DNA from: Candidatus Goldiibacteriota bacterium
Lineage (GTDB): Bacteria > Oederibacteriota > PGYV01 > DYJU01
Assembly (NCBI GenBank): GCA_938034975.1
Contig: CALHNI010000017.1
Location: 5,130-69,129, forward strand
Direction: 5' to 3'
Length of the DNA stretch: 64,000 bases
The position numbers and the translations under genes were made by a program. The notes under the pieces are model-generated. The model was not told the DNA's origin and ran no database searches. It saw only the letters and a list, made by a program, of their open reading frames with translations. Positions 29,559-37,790 of this stretch are shown here, in pieces. Each line of letters starts with the position of its first letter. Positions within the stretch are counted from its first letter, which is position 1.

Positions 29559-30572
29559 ATGTCTAATAAAAAATTAAAAAAAAGGAAAAAAATAAAAAAA
29601 TCCGGGAAGAAAAAGGGCAAAAGTTTCATAGTTTTTTTAATAACTTTAATTATCATCATCGGGTTTATTGCAATTTCAAAAATTAAAAAAGGAGATATAA
29701 TAAAAAATATACCATCAGAGATTATTTCAGTTATTGGAAAATCAGGAGATAAAAAAGGAGAGATAGGTTCTCCACGTGGGATTGCAGTTTCTCAGGATAA
29801 TTATCTTTATGTGACAGATCTTAAAAATAATAAGGTGATTAAATTTAAAACAAATGGCGAATTTGTAATGGAATGGGGAACACAGGGAAATAAAAGAGGA
29901 GAATTTAAAGAACCTTCAGGTGTTGCAGTTGATAAAGAAAATTATGTTTATGTTGCTGATGCATGGAATGGCAGGATTCAAAAATTTACTTCTGACGGTA
30001 AATACATTCTTGAAATAGGTGGTGTAAGTGCGAGTTTTTACAGTCCAAGAAATGTTGCTGTAAATAAATACGGAATTCTTTTCGTAGCAGATACAGGGAC
30101 ATCCAGAATACACAGATTTGATACAGAAGGGACAAGGATTGGAAATCCTGTAGGTGGGAAGGGAGTTGCAATAAATAATTTTGATGAAGTTTTTGGAATT
30201 GCGTTTGATTCAACTGGCAGGATATATGCTGCTGATCCTGGAAACAGGAGAGTTGTTGTTTTAACAGCAGATTTAAAACCGCTTGCCCAGATAAAAATAA
30301 AACCCTGGCTTGAAATAAAATCTTCCTGGCCAATGCTTGCAATTGATTCAAGGGACTATTTGTATGTTGTTTCAACGAACACACAGGATATATACATATA
30401 TGACACTAAAAATCCAAAATTTAAATACATAGCAACAATTAAGAACGATAATGCAGGTAAACCATTATTTGCAAGCCCATTAGGAATAGCCATAGATGCC
30501 AATGATATAATTTATGTATCTGACAGCGGGAAAAATCAGATTATTAAATTGCAACCAATATTTTCAAGGTAA
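29559..30572 (+). CDS. Membrane-anchored NHL-repeat beta-propeller protein 2
   Basis: The ORF opens at 29532, but SD aaaggagg precedes ATG 29559 (MSNKKLKK). Lys-rich N-terminus plus TM helix. NHL repeats (PRGIAVSQDNYLYVTDLKNNKVIKF, PSGVAVDKENYVYVADAWNGRIQKF, PRNVAVNKYGILFVADTGTSRIHRF and others). Confidence 0.85.
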   Translation: MSNKKLKKRKKIKKSGKKKGKSFIVFLITLIIIIGFIAISKIKKGDIIKNIPSEIISVIGKSGDKKGEIGSPRGIAVSQDNYLYVTDLKNNKVIKFKTNGEFVMEWGTQGNKRGEFKEPSGVAVDKENYVYVADAWNGRIQKFTSDGKYILEIGGVSASFYSPRNVAVNKYGILFVADTGTSRIHRFDTEGTRIGNPVGGKGVAINNFDEVFGIAFDSTGRIYAADPGNRRVVVLTADLKPLAQIKIKPWLEIKSSWPMLAIDSRDYLYVVSTNTQDIYIYDTKNPKFKYIATIKNDNAGKPLFASPLGIAIDANDIIYVSDSGKNQIIKLQPIFSR

Positions 30573-30588
30573 AATTGCAGGGCAAAAT

Positions 30589-31863
30589 TTGAGTGAAACA
30601 AAGGATCATCTTTTAAAAGATTCATTTATTCTTTTTTTAGCTACCAGTATAGTAAATTTATCTAATTTTATTTTTCATATGTATGTTACAAGAAAACTTT
30701 CTCCTTCTGATTATGGTGCTCTTGCCACTTTGCTTGCTTTGGTTATAATTTTTATAATGCCAGCCCAGGCACTTCTAATGACAGTTGCCAAAAAGGTTTC
30801 TATATATAAAGCCCATAATCAATTTGAAAAAATTCATGGTTTATTTAAAAAAACAACAAAATGGTTTTTGATTCTAGGTATGTTTTATTTTATTTTTTTT
30901 ATGGTTTTTTCCGGAGCAATAATGAAATTTTTTAATATGGACGATGTTGTTTTAATTGTAATTCTTGCATTTATATCAATTGTTGCAATTTTACTACCTG
31001 TTGTAAGGGGGATTTTGCAGGGACTCCAGAAATTTGCCAGATTCGGATTGAATTTGATTTCTGATGCCGTGTTCAGATTATTAAGTGTTATATTATTTAC
31101 AGGTCTTGGATTTGGTTTAAGGGGAGCACTTTTAAGTTCTTTATTTTCTGCTCTTTTAGCATATGTCCTTGGATTATTTATGCTTTCTGAATTTTTAAAA
31201 ATAAAAGAAGAAAATATACAATTAAAAAAGAGAGAATTTTTCGGATATGCATTGCCTGTATTTTTTTCAATGGTGGCTTTTTCAATATTAAGTTATATGG
31301 ATCTTTTTATAGTCAAACATTTTTATGAAAAAGAACAGGCAGGACTTTATGCCGTAACATCTATAATAGGAAAAGCATTTCTTTATTTCCCTATGGCTAT
31401 TGCCATGGCTTTATTCCCTAAAGTTTCTGAAAATTTCGAACTAAATAAAAATACAAAAGGTCTGTTGATTAAAAGTGTATTATTAACTGGATTAATAAGT
31501 TTTACAGGTTTTTTATTTTGTTATTTCTTTCCGGAATTTGTAATTAAACTATTAACCGGTGGAAAAAAATATCTGGAAATTACAGGGGTAGTGAAAATTT
31601 TCGGATTGGCAATATTGCCGCTTGTTCTTTTAAATGTAATTATAAATTATTTACTTGCCATACACAGATATTTTTTTATTTTTATAATGTATTCTGGTAT
31701 AATAGTATATGCAGGTTTATTGTGGTTTTTTCATAAAACATTTTATCAGGTTATTTTTATTTTGTTTTTAGTAAATTTGATTATATTTATATTAAGTTTT
31801 TGTTCAATTTTTATTTATGGAACGGTTAAAAAAAATTTAAAGGAGAAAATAGTTGGAATTTAA
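30589..31863 (+). CDS. Wzx-like polysaccharide/oligosaccharide flippase (MOP superfamily)
   Basis: The ORF is open from 30514 (449 aa) but overlaps the upstream gene by 59 nt. TTG 30589 (LSETKDHLLKDSF) lies just after the upstream stop. About 12 TM helices with the polysaccharide-biosynthesis-protein pattern. The exact start is uncertain. Confidence 0.75.
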   Translation: MSETKDHLLKDSFILFLATSIVNLSNFIFHMYVTRKLSPSDYGALATLLALVIIFIMPAQALLMTVAKKVSIYKAHNQFEKIHGLFKKTTKWFLILGMFYFIFFMVFSGAIMKFFNMDDVVLIVILAFISIVAILLPVVRGILQGLQKFARFGLNLISDAVFRLLSVILFTGLGFGLRGALLSSLFSALLAYVLGLFMLSEFLKIKEENIQLKKREFFGYALPVFFSMVAFSILSYMDLFIVKHFYEKEQAGLYAVTSIIGKAFLYFPMAIAMALFPKVSENFELNKNTKGLLIKSVLLTGLISFTGFLFCYFFPEFVIKLLTGGKKYLEITGVVKIFGLAILPLVLLNVIINYLLAIHRYFFIFIMYSGIIVYAGLLWFFHKTFYQVIFILFLVNLIIFILSFCSIFIYGTVKKNLKEKIVGI

Positions 31864-32581
31864 GAAACTCTCAATTTTAATGCCAATGTATAATGAAGAA
31901 ATTTATGCAGCAGCAAATATTCTTGAAACTGATGAATATTTTAAAAATTTAAATATTTCTTATGAAATCATAGTTGTTGATGACGGTTCGGTAGATTTAA
32001 CATATAATAAGGTAATTTCTGTTAAGAAAGAGCATATCAGGATATATAAACTTTCAATAAATCAGGGAAAAGGACAGGCATTAAAAGAAGCTTTTAAACA
32101 AAGTTCAGGAGATTTAATAATGTTTTTAGACGGGGATTTGGATATAAAACCAGAACAATTTCAAATTCTTTTTGAGATTATGAAAAAGGAAAATGCAGAT
32201 GTAGTTATAGGTTCAAAAAGGCATCCCCAATCAATTTTACATTATCCATTAAAAAGAAAGATACTTTCCATAGGTTATTTTTTTATTGTAAAAATTCTTT
32301 TTGGTTTACCAATTCATGACACACAAACCGGTATTAAAATTTTTAAAAGAGAGGTTCTTGAAAAAATTTTTCATAAAGTTTTGATAAAAAGATATGCTTT
32401 TGACCTTGAATTACTTATACTTGCCCACCATTATGGTTTTAAAATTGCAGAAAGTCCTGTTGTTGTTGATTATAAAGGCAAATTCGGGCATATTACTTTA
32501 AAAACTATTTTTCAGATATTCTGGGATACAATGGCAATCTTTTACAGATTATATATATTAAAATATTATGATAAAAGGTAA
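31853..32581 (+). CDS. GT2 glycosyltransferase, polyprenol-phosphate sugar synthase-like (DPM1/GtrB-like)
   Basis: 242 aa, TTG start after SD aaggag. Motifs LSILMPMYNEE, VVDDGSVD and FLDGDLD (DxD). Soluble, with no TM tail. Confidence 0.85.
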   Translation: MEFKKLSILMPMYNEEIYAAANILETDEYFKNLNISYEIIVVDDGSVDLTYNKVISVKKEHIRIYKLSINQGKGQALKEAFKQSSGDLIMFLDGDLDIKPEQFQILFEIMKKENADVVIGSKRHPQSILHYPLKRKILSIGYFFIVKILFGLPIHDTQTGIKIFKREVLEKIFHKVLIKRYAFDLELLILAHHYGFKIAESPVVVDYKGKFGHITLKTIFQIFWDTMAIFYRLYILKYYDKR

Positions 32582-33581
32582 TTTACCAAATAAAATGGAT
32601 AAAAAAGTATCAATTATAATACCTGTAAAGAAAATAAATGATTATATAAAAGAATCTCTTAAATTTATAAATAAATTAAATTATGAAAAAAATCTGATAG
32701 AAGTTATTATTTTGCCTGATGAAAAGGAAAATTTTTCAGATAAATTTCCTTTTACCTTAAAAATTATTGAAACAGGACCTGTATATCCTGGTATAAAAAG
32801 AGATATAGGGTATAAAAACAGCACAGGAGAAATTATTGCATTTATTGATGATGATGTTTATCCGTCTGAAAACTGGCTTTTATCAGCGGTTAAAATTTTT
32901 GAAAAAGATGAAAATATTGGGGCAATAGGCGGTCCGGCAATAACGCCTCCTTCTGATTCTTATTTCCAGAAAGTAAGTGGGTTTATTTATTCATCTTTCT
33001 TAGGAGGTGGAAATTATTCATATCGCTATTTGCCGCAAAAAGCACGGCAGGTTGATGATTATCCCTCCTGCAATCTTATTATAAGAAAAGATGTTCTTGA
33101 TAAAATAAATGGATTTAATACTGAATTCTGGCCAGGAGAAGATACTGTCATTTGCCTTAAAATAATAAAAAATTTAAAAATGAAAATTTTTTATGATCCA
33201 AATGTATTAGTTTATCATCATCGCAGAAAATTTCCAGCAGGTCATTTGAATCAGGTAAAAAGTTATGGGTTGCACAGGGGTTATTTTGTAAAAAAATTTC
33301 CTGAAACATCTTTCAGATTATCATATTTTTTTCCTTCTTTGTTTGTTTTATATTTGTTAAGTTTGTTAGTTGTGTTACCCTTTATAAAAGGGTTATTTTA
33401 TTTGATATGGCTTTTACCTTTTTTATTTTACATAATTTTTTTAATTATTGATGGAATAAGATTTTATAAATATTTACCTTTTGTTATGGTAGGTATTTTT
33501 ATAACGCATATTTTTTATGGTGTTTATTTTATTAAGGGTTTATTAGCCAAAAGATTAAAAGAGGAGACAGAAAATAAATGA
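32568..33581 (+). CDS. GT2 glycosyltransferase with C-terminal TM helices
   Basis: 337 aa. Motifs VSIIIPVKK, FIDDDVYP (DxD) and FWPGEDTV. Hydrophobic C-terminal third. Start possibly ATG 32595. Confidence 0.85.
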   Translation: MIKGNLPNKMDKKVSIIIPVKKINDYIKESLKFINKLNYEKNLIEVIILPDEKENFSDKFPFTLKIIETGPVYPGIKRDIGYKNSTGEIIAFIDDDVYPSENWLLSAVKIFEKDENIGAIGGPAITPPSDSYFQKVSGFIYSSFLGGGNYSYRYLPQKARQVDDYPSCNLIIRKDVLDKINGFNTEFWPGEDTVICLKIIKNLKMKIFYDPNVLVYHHRRKFPAGHLNQVKSYGLHRGYFVKKFPETSFRLSYFFPSLFVLYLLSLLVVLPFIKGLFYLIWLLPFLFYIIFLIIDGIRFYKYLPFVMVGIFITHIFYGVYFIKGLLAKRLKEETENK

Positions 33582-35026
33582 AAATAATGATATCTTATCC
33601 GCCATTAAAAGGAGATGGCTCTCCTACTCTTGGTCAGAACAGGCAATTCCAGTGGTTTCATAATCCTTCATTTATTTACCCTATGGTGCCTGCTTATGCA
33701 GCAACTTTACTTAAAAATTCAGGTTACGATGTTGTATGGAATGATTCCATAGCAGAAAAATTATCATGGGAAGAATATATAAAATTACTTGAAAAAGAAA
33801 AGCCGGATTTAATTTTTTATGAAACCAAAACGCCTGTTGTAAAACAACACTGGGAAATAATAAAAAAGGTAAAAGATATTTTGCCGGATGTTAAAATAGT
33901 TCTGGCAGGGGATCATGTTACCGCTTTACCTGAAGAAAGTATGATAAATTCAAAAACTGATTTTATCATAACAGGTGGGGATTATGATTTTCTTATTTTA
34001 AATCTTGTAAAATGGATTGAAAGAAAAGAAGATTTAGAACCTGGTATATGGTATAGAGAAAACGGAGAAATTAAGAATACCGGTGCTTTTATTTTAAAAC
34101 ACGATTTAAATTCATTACCTTTTATAGACAGGGAACTTACCAAATGGAAGTTATACGGTGAGAAATTTTTTAAATATTCACCCTATACTTATACAATGAT
34201 AGGCAGGGATTGTCCCTGGGCAAAATGTACTTTTTGCTCCTGGACAACCCTGTATCCTAATTTTAGAACAGCAAGTCCTGAAAAATTACTTGATGAGATA
34301 GGGCTTTTAATTCAAAAATATGGTATAAGAGAAATATTTGATGATACTGGAACTTTTCCAAGAGGAGAATGGCTTAAAAAATTTTGTGAGGGGATGATAG
34401 AGAGAAAATATAAAATTTCATTTATGGCTAATTTCAGGTTTGATTACATAAATGAAAAAATTGCTCCTTTGATGAAAAAAGCCGGATTCAGGTTATTGAA
34501 ATTTGGATTGGAATCAGCGAACCAGAAGACACTTGACAGATTATGTAAAGGAACCAAAGTTGAAGACATAGAAAAAGGATGCAAAATTGCAAAAGATGCT
34601 GGGATTGGCGTGCATCTTACAATCATGGTTGGTTATCCATGGGAGACCAGGGATGATGCAATGCGGACTCTTGATATGGCAAAAAAGTTACTTGATAAAG
34701 GATTGGCTGATATGCTTCAATCAACGGTTGTAATTGCATACCCTGGGACACCACTTTATAAACAAGCAGTTGAAAATAACTGGCTGAGATTTCTACCAGG
34801 CGAGTGGGAAAAGTTTGATATGACATATCCAGTGTTTAAATTTCCTGATATGAAACCCGAAGAAGTAATGAAGATATGTGATGATATTTATAAAGCTTTT
34901 TTAACACCAAGATTCATTATGCGGCAGATTTTAAGTATAAGGTCTTTTGAGGATTTTGCTTTTTTATTCAAAGCAGCTAAAGCAGTTGCAGGTCATATTC
35001 TTGATTTTATGAGGAAAAAAGAATAA
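33578..35026 (+). CDS. B12-binding-domain radical SAM enzyme
   Basis: 482 aa. N-terminal Rossmann-like B12-binding region (PDLIFYETKTPVV...VLAGDHVTALPEE). Cys cluster GRDCPWAKCTFCSW. Downstream rSAM core (FGLESANQKTLDRL). Confidence 0.85.
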   Translation: MKIMISYPPLKGDGSPTLGQNRQFQWFHNPSFIYPMVPAYAATLLKNSGYDVVWNDSIAEKLSWEEYIKLLEKEKPDLIFYETKTPVVKQHWEIIKKVKDILPDVKIVLAGDHVTALPEESMINSKTDFIITGGDYDFLILNLVKWIERKEDLEPGIWYRENGEIKNTGAFILKHDLNSLPFIDRELTKWKLYGEKFFKYSPYTYTMIGRDCPWAKCTFCSWTTLYPNFRTASPEKLLDEIGLLIQKYGIREIFDDTGTFPRGEWLKKFCEGMIERKYKISFMANFRFDYINEKIAPLMKKAGFRLLKFGLESANQKTLDRLCKGTKVEDIEKGCKIAKDAGIGVHLTIMVGYPWETRDDAMRTLDMAKKLLDKGLADMLQSTVVIAYPGTPLYKQAVENNWLRFLPGEWEKFDMTYPVFKFPDMKPEEVMKICDDIYKAFLTPRFIMRQILSIRSFEDFAFLFKAAKAVAGHILDFMRKKE

Positions 35027-36055
35027 ATGAAGGAATTCCCTTTTGTTTCCGTTATAATACCTGTTTATAATTCTGAAAAGTTTATATTTGATTGCTTGTT
35101 TGCAATTCAAAATCAGGATTATCCAAAAGATAAATTAGAAATAATAATTCCTGATGGTGGTTCTCATGATGCAACTTTAAAAATTATAGATTCATTTAAA
35201 ACAAAAATGGATATAACTGTTTGTGATAACCCTTTAAAAACAGGAGAGGCAGGTAAATCTGTTGGTGTTGACAAAGCAAAAGGAGATATAATAGCCCTGA
35301 TTGATAGTGATAATATAATGCCGGATAATGATTATATTAAAAATATGGTTGAACCATTTTTAATTGAAAAAGATATAATCGGGACAGAACCGATTTTTTT
35401 TCTTTTCAGGGAAAAAGATAAACCGCTTACAAAATATTTTGCAATGTCAGGAGTAAATGATCCGCTTTGTATTTTTATCGGCAATTATGACAGATTTAGT
35501 TATATTACAGGGAAATGGACCGGATTTAAACTTAATACAAACGATAAAGGGAAATATCTATTAATTGAACTTGATGAAAAAAAAATACCAACAATAGGAG
35601 CAAACGGAACTTTTTTAAAAAAAGAATATTTATTAAAAACATCTTACAAACCATATTTGTTTGACATAGATGCAGTTTATGAAATTTTAAAAAGTGGTAA
35701 AAATAAATTTGTAAAAGTAAAAACAGGAATTATACACATTTATTCTCCTGATTTGAAATCATTTGTAAAAAAACAATCAAGAAGGATTTATGATTTTTTG
35801 TTTTTTTCAAAGCAAAAAAAACGAATTTATCCATGGAATAAATTACCTGCAAAAGGTATTGTTTTATTTGTAATTTCATGCATAACGATAATACCACTTT
35901 TAATACAAATGATGAGTGGTTTTTTAAGAAAAAAAAGATGGGAGTGGTTATTTCATCCAATTGTTTGCTGGTTAACTTTGTTTACATATGGCTGGGTTTT
36001 TTTAAGAACAATAATTACAAAAAAAATAATAATAAAAGACAGAAGCAAATGGTAA
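35027..36055 (+). CDS. GT2 glycosyltransferase with C-terminal TM helices
   Basis: 342 aa. Motifs VSVIIPVYNSEKF, IIPDGGSHD and LIDSDNIM (DxD). Hydrophobic C-terminus. Confidence 0.85.
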   Translation: MKEFPFVSVIIPVYNSEKFIFDCLFAIQNQDYPKDKLEIIIPDGGSHDATLKIIDSFKTKMDITVCDNPLKTGEAGKSVGVDKAKGDIIALIDSDNIMPDNDYIKNMVEPFLIEKDIIGTEPIFFLFREKDKPLTKYFAMSGVNDPLCIFIGNYDRFSYITGKWTGFKLNTNDKGKYLLIELDEKKIPTIGANGTFLKKEYLLKTSYKPYLFDIDAVYEILKSGKNKFVKVKTGIIHIYSPDLKSFVKKQSRRIYDFLFFSKQKKRIYPWNKLPAKGIVLFVISCITIIPLLIQMMSGFLRKKRWEWLFHPIVCWLTLFTYGWVFLRTIITKKIIIKDRSKW

Positions 36056-36091
36056 AGAAATTTTTTAAAAGTTAAACTGCTTTTATAACTT

Positions 36092-36266
36092 CCGTAAAAA
36101 CTCATTTTCTAACGCGTTTTTACATCAAATAAAACTCCTTAATACATATATCAAGTTCAGGTATAAAACTTAATAATACAGAATTACCTCTGTATCCTTT
36201 GTATGTCATCTCTGCTTCATTTTTCTCTGTCCTGAAGATCGCATTAAAAGAGTGCGATTTTCAGGG
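36092..36266 (+). repeat. Uncoupled family-1 hairpins: H2 (36092-36123) and H1 (36231-36266) separated by unique sequence
   Basis: H2 is ccgtaaaaactcattttctaacgcgtttttac. H1 is cctgaagatcgcattaaaagagtgcgattttcaggg, followed by acttatttttt. The family core motif is absent between them. Confidence 0.65.
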
Positions 36267-36278
36267 ACTTATTTTTTA

Positions 36279-36306
36279 TTGACATTTGATATTAAAGTGA
36301 TATAAT
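36279..36306 (+). promoter_or_regulatory. sigma70-type promoter (TTGACA-16-TATAAT) upstream of the LysM gene
   Basis: ttgaca tttgatattaaagtga tataat, 13 nt after the H1 hairpin. SD aggagg precedes ATG 36336. Confidence 0.5.
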
Positions 36307-36335
36307 CAAAAAAAATTTCAGGAGGATGAAATAAA

Positions 36336-37046
36336 ATGAACAGATTAAAAATTTTAATGATTTTTATTTTATCTTTATTTTTAATTATTTTTATTTCATG
36401 CGGTGGAAAAAGTAAAAAAATAAATGAAGTTGCTGAGGAAGAAAGTAATGTTCTAAATGAAGAAGCAGAAGCTAAAAAAGCAGAATTGCCAACCACATAT
36501 ATTGTAGAAAAAGGTGATAAATTATGGACAATTGCTGAAAAACCTGAAATATATGGAAACAAATGGCAATGGCCACTTATTTATGATGCTAACAGGGAAA
36601 TATTAGATAATTATTATAGTTTAAAAGAAGGTCAGAAACTCATCATTCCGCGTAATGTAAGTGCTGTTGAAATTGAAGCTGCAAAAGAAAGAGCAATGGA
36701 ACTTGGTATTCCTCCAGGTAAAAAGTCAGTAAAAGTGAAAGAAGAGGAAGAAGAAATTGCAGGTTTATCAGAAGAAAGAGAAGAATTAAAAGTATCTGAA
36801 AAAAAGTCAGGCGCCAGGCGTTCGTCTGTTACACAAATTGAAGAAGAAGAGCCAACCCCCATACCAGAAAGTCCCAAAGTAGTAAAAAAAGGTGGAATAA
36901 ATATTTCCGGTATAATTATAGGTTTGCTTCTTGTTGTTGCTGTAATCATTTTATTTTTCTTTTATCAAAAGAAAAAGAAAGAGGAGGAAGAAGAAGAAAG
37001 CAAAACAGATGATACTACTTCGGGAAGTGGTGGTATTTTAACATAA
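36336..37046 (+). CDS. LysM-domain lipoprotein-like protein with acidic linker and C-terminal TM anchor
   Basis: 236 aa. Lipobox-like LFLIIFISCGG. LysM segment YIVEKGDKLWTIAEK...GQKLIIP. Glu-rich linker; TM helix GIIIGLLLVVAVIILFFFY. Confidence 0.8.
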   Translation: MNRLKILMIFILSLFLIIFISCGGKSKKINEVAEEESNVLNEEAEAKKAELPTTYIVEKGDKLWTIAEKPEIYGNKWQWPLIYDANREILDNYYSLKEGQKLIIPRNVSAVEIEAAKERAMELGIPPGKKSVKVKEEEEEIAGLSEEREELKVSEKKSGARRSSVTQIEEEEPTPIPESPKVVKKGGINISGIIIGLLLVVAVIILFFFYQKKKKEEEEEESKTDDTTSGSGGILT

Positions 37047-37065
37047 AATAGTATCATTATAATGA

Positions 37066-37103
37066 AAAAGCGCGGTTTTTTAATTAAACCGCGCTTTTTT
37101 TTA
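37066..37103 (+). terminator. Rho-independent (bidirectional-looking) terminator after the LysM gene
   Basis: aaaaagcgcggttt-tttaatt-aaaccgcgcttttttttt: GC-cored stem flanked by an A-run and a T-run, 20 nt after the stop at 37046. It lies inside the annotated 5' end of ORF 37062. Confidence 0.75.
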
Positions 37104-37118
37104 TTTAAAAAGAGTTTT

Positions 37119-37790
37119 ATGGATAAATTAAAATATTTCCTTTTATTTAATATTATAGTTCCTTTTATTATTTTTATATTTAAGATTATAGGTAAAACTT
37201 TTAATTTTAAAGAAATAAAAAAATTTAATGAAAGCCCTTATAATCCATTAAAAAAAGAAAATTATATATATGGATTTTGGCATTCTCAACTTATTGGGTT
37301 TATTTATCATTATAGGAATTTTAAAATAGCATCCATTGCTTCTTTGCACAGAGATGGGGAAATAGCAGCAAAAGCGGCAGAAAAATTCGGAATTAAAATT
37401 GTTAGAGGTTCATCAACAAGAGGCGGATTTAAAGCATTACTTGAATTAAAAAAACTTTTACAATCGGGTTTTGATGTCGCAATTACAGTGGATGGACCAC
37501 GTGGACCTGCTGAAAGTGTGAACGAAGGTATTTTATATCTCGCTAAACTTACAGGTAAAAAGATAATACCAGTTTGTTTTACTTGTAAATGGAAAATAAG
37601 ATTAAAATCATGGGATAGATTGATAATACCATTACCTTTTTCAAAAGGTTATTTTGGTTTTGGCAATCCAATATTCATACCAAGTAATGCTGATGACAAA
37701 GAAATTGAAAAATTTAAAAAAATATTACAAACCGAACTTATGAGTATTAACAAGGCAGGTGAAAGAAAATTATATGACAGTAAATTATGA
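37119..37790 (+). CDS. DUF374 / lysophospholipid-acyltransferase-like protein
   Basis: The ORF opens at 37062, but that segment is the terminator hairpin; ATG 37119 (MDKLKYF) is the plausible start. Motifs FWHSQL, SLHRDGE, RGSSTRGG and VDGPRGP are typical of DUF374. Confidence 0.75.
   Translation: MDKLKYFLLFNIIVPFIIFIFKIIGKTFNFKEIKKFNESPYNPLKKENYIYGFWHSQLIGFIYHYRNFKIASIASLHRDGEIAAKAAEKFGIKIVRGSSTRGGFKALLELKKLLQSGFDVAITVDGPRGPAESVNEGILYLAKLTGKKIIPVCFTCKWKIRLKSWDRLIIPLPFSKGYFGFGNPIFIPSNADDKEIEKFKKILQTELMSINKAGERKLYDSKL

Noticed and set aside
30514-30588. N-terminal 25 codons of the flippase ORF
   Set aside because: They overlap the 3' end of the NHL-2 gene by 59 nt and encode non-hydrophobic sequence unlike MOP N-termini. 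A TTG at 30589 just after the upstream stop is more plausible, though unproven.
37062-37118. N-terminal 19 codons of the annotated DUF374 ORF
   Set aside because: This segment is the rho-independent terminator hairpin of the LysM gene (aaaaagcgcggttt...aaaccgcgcttttttttt). The start is moved to ATG 37119.
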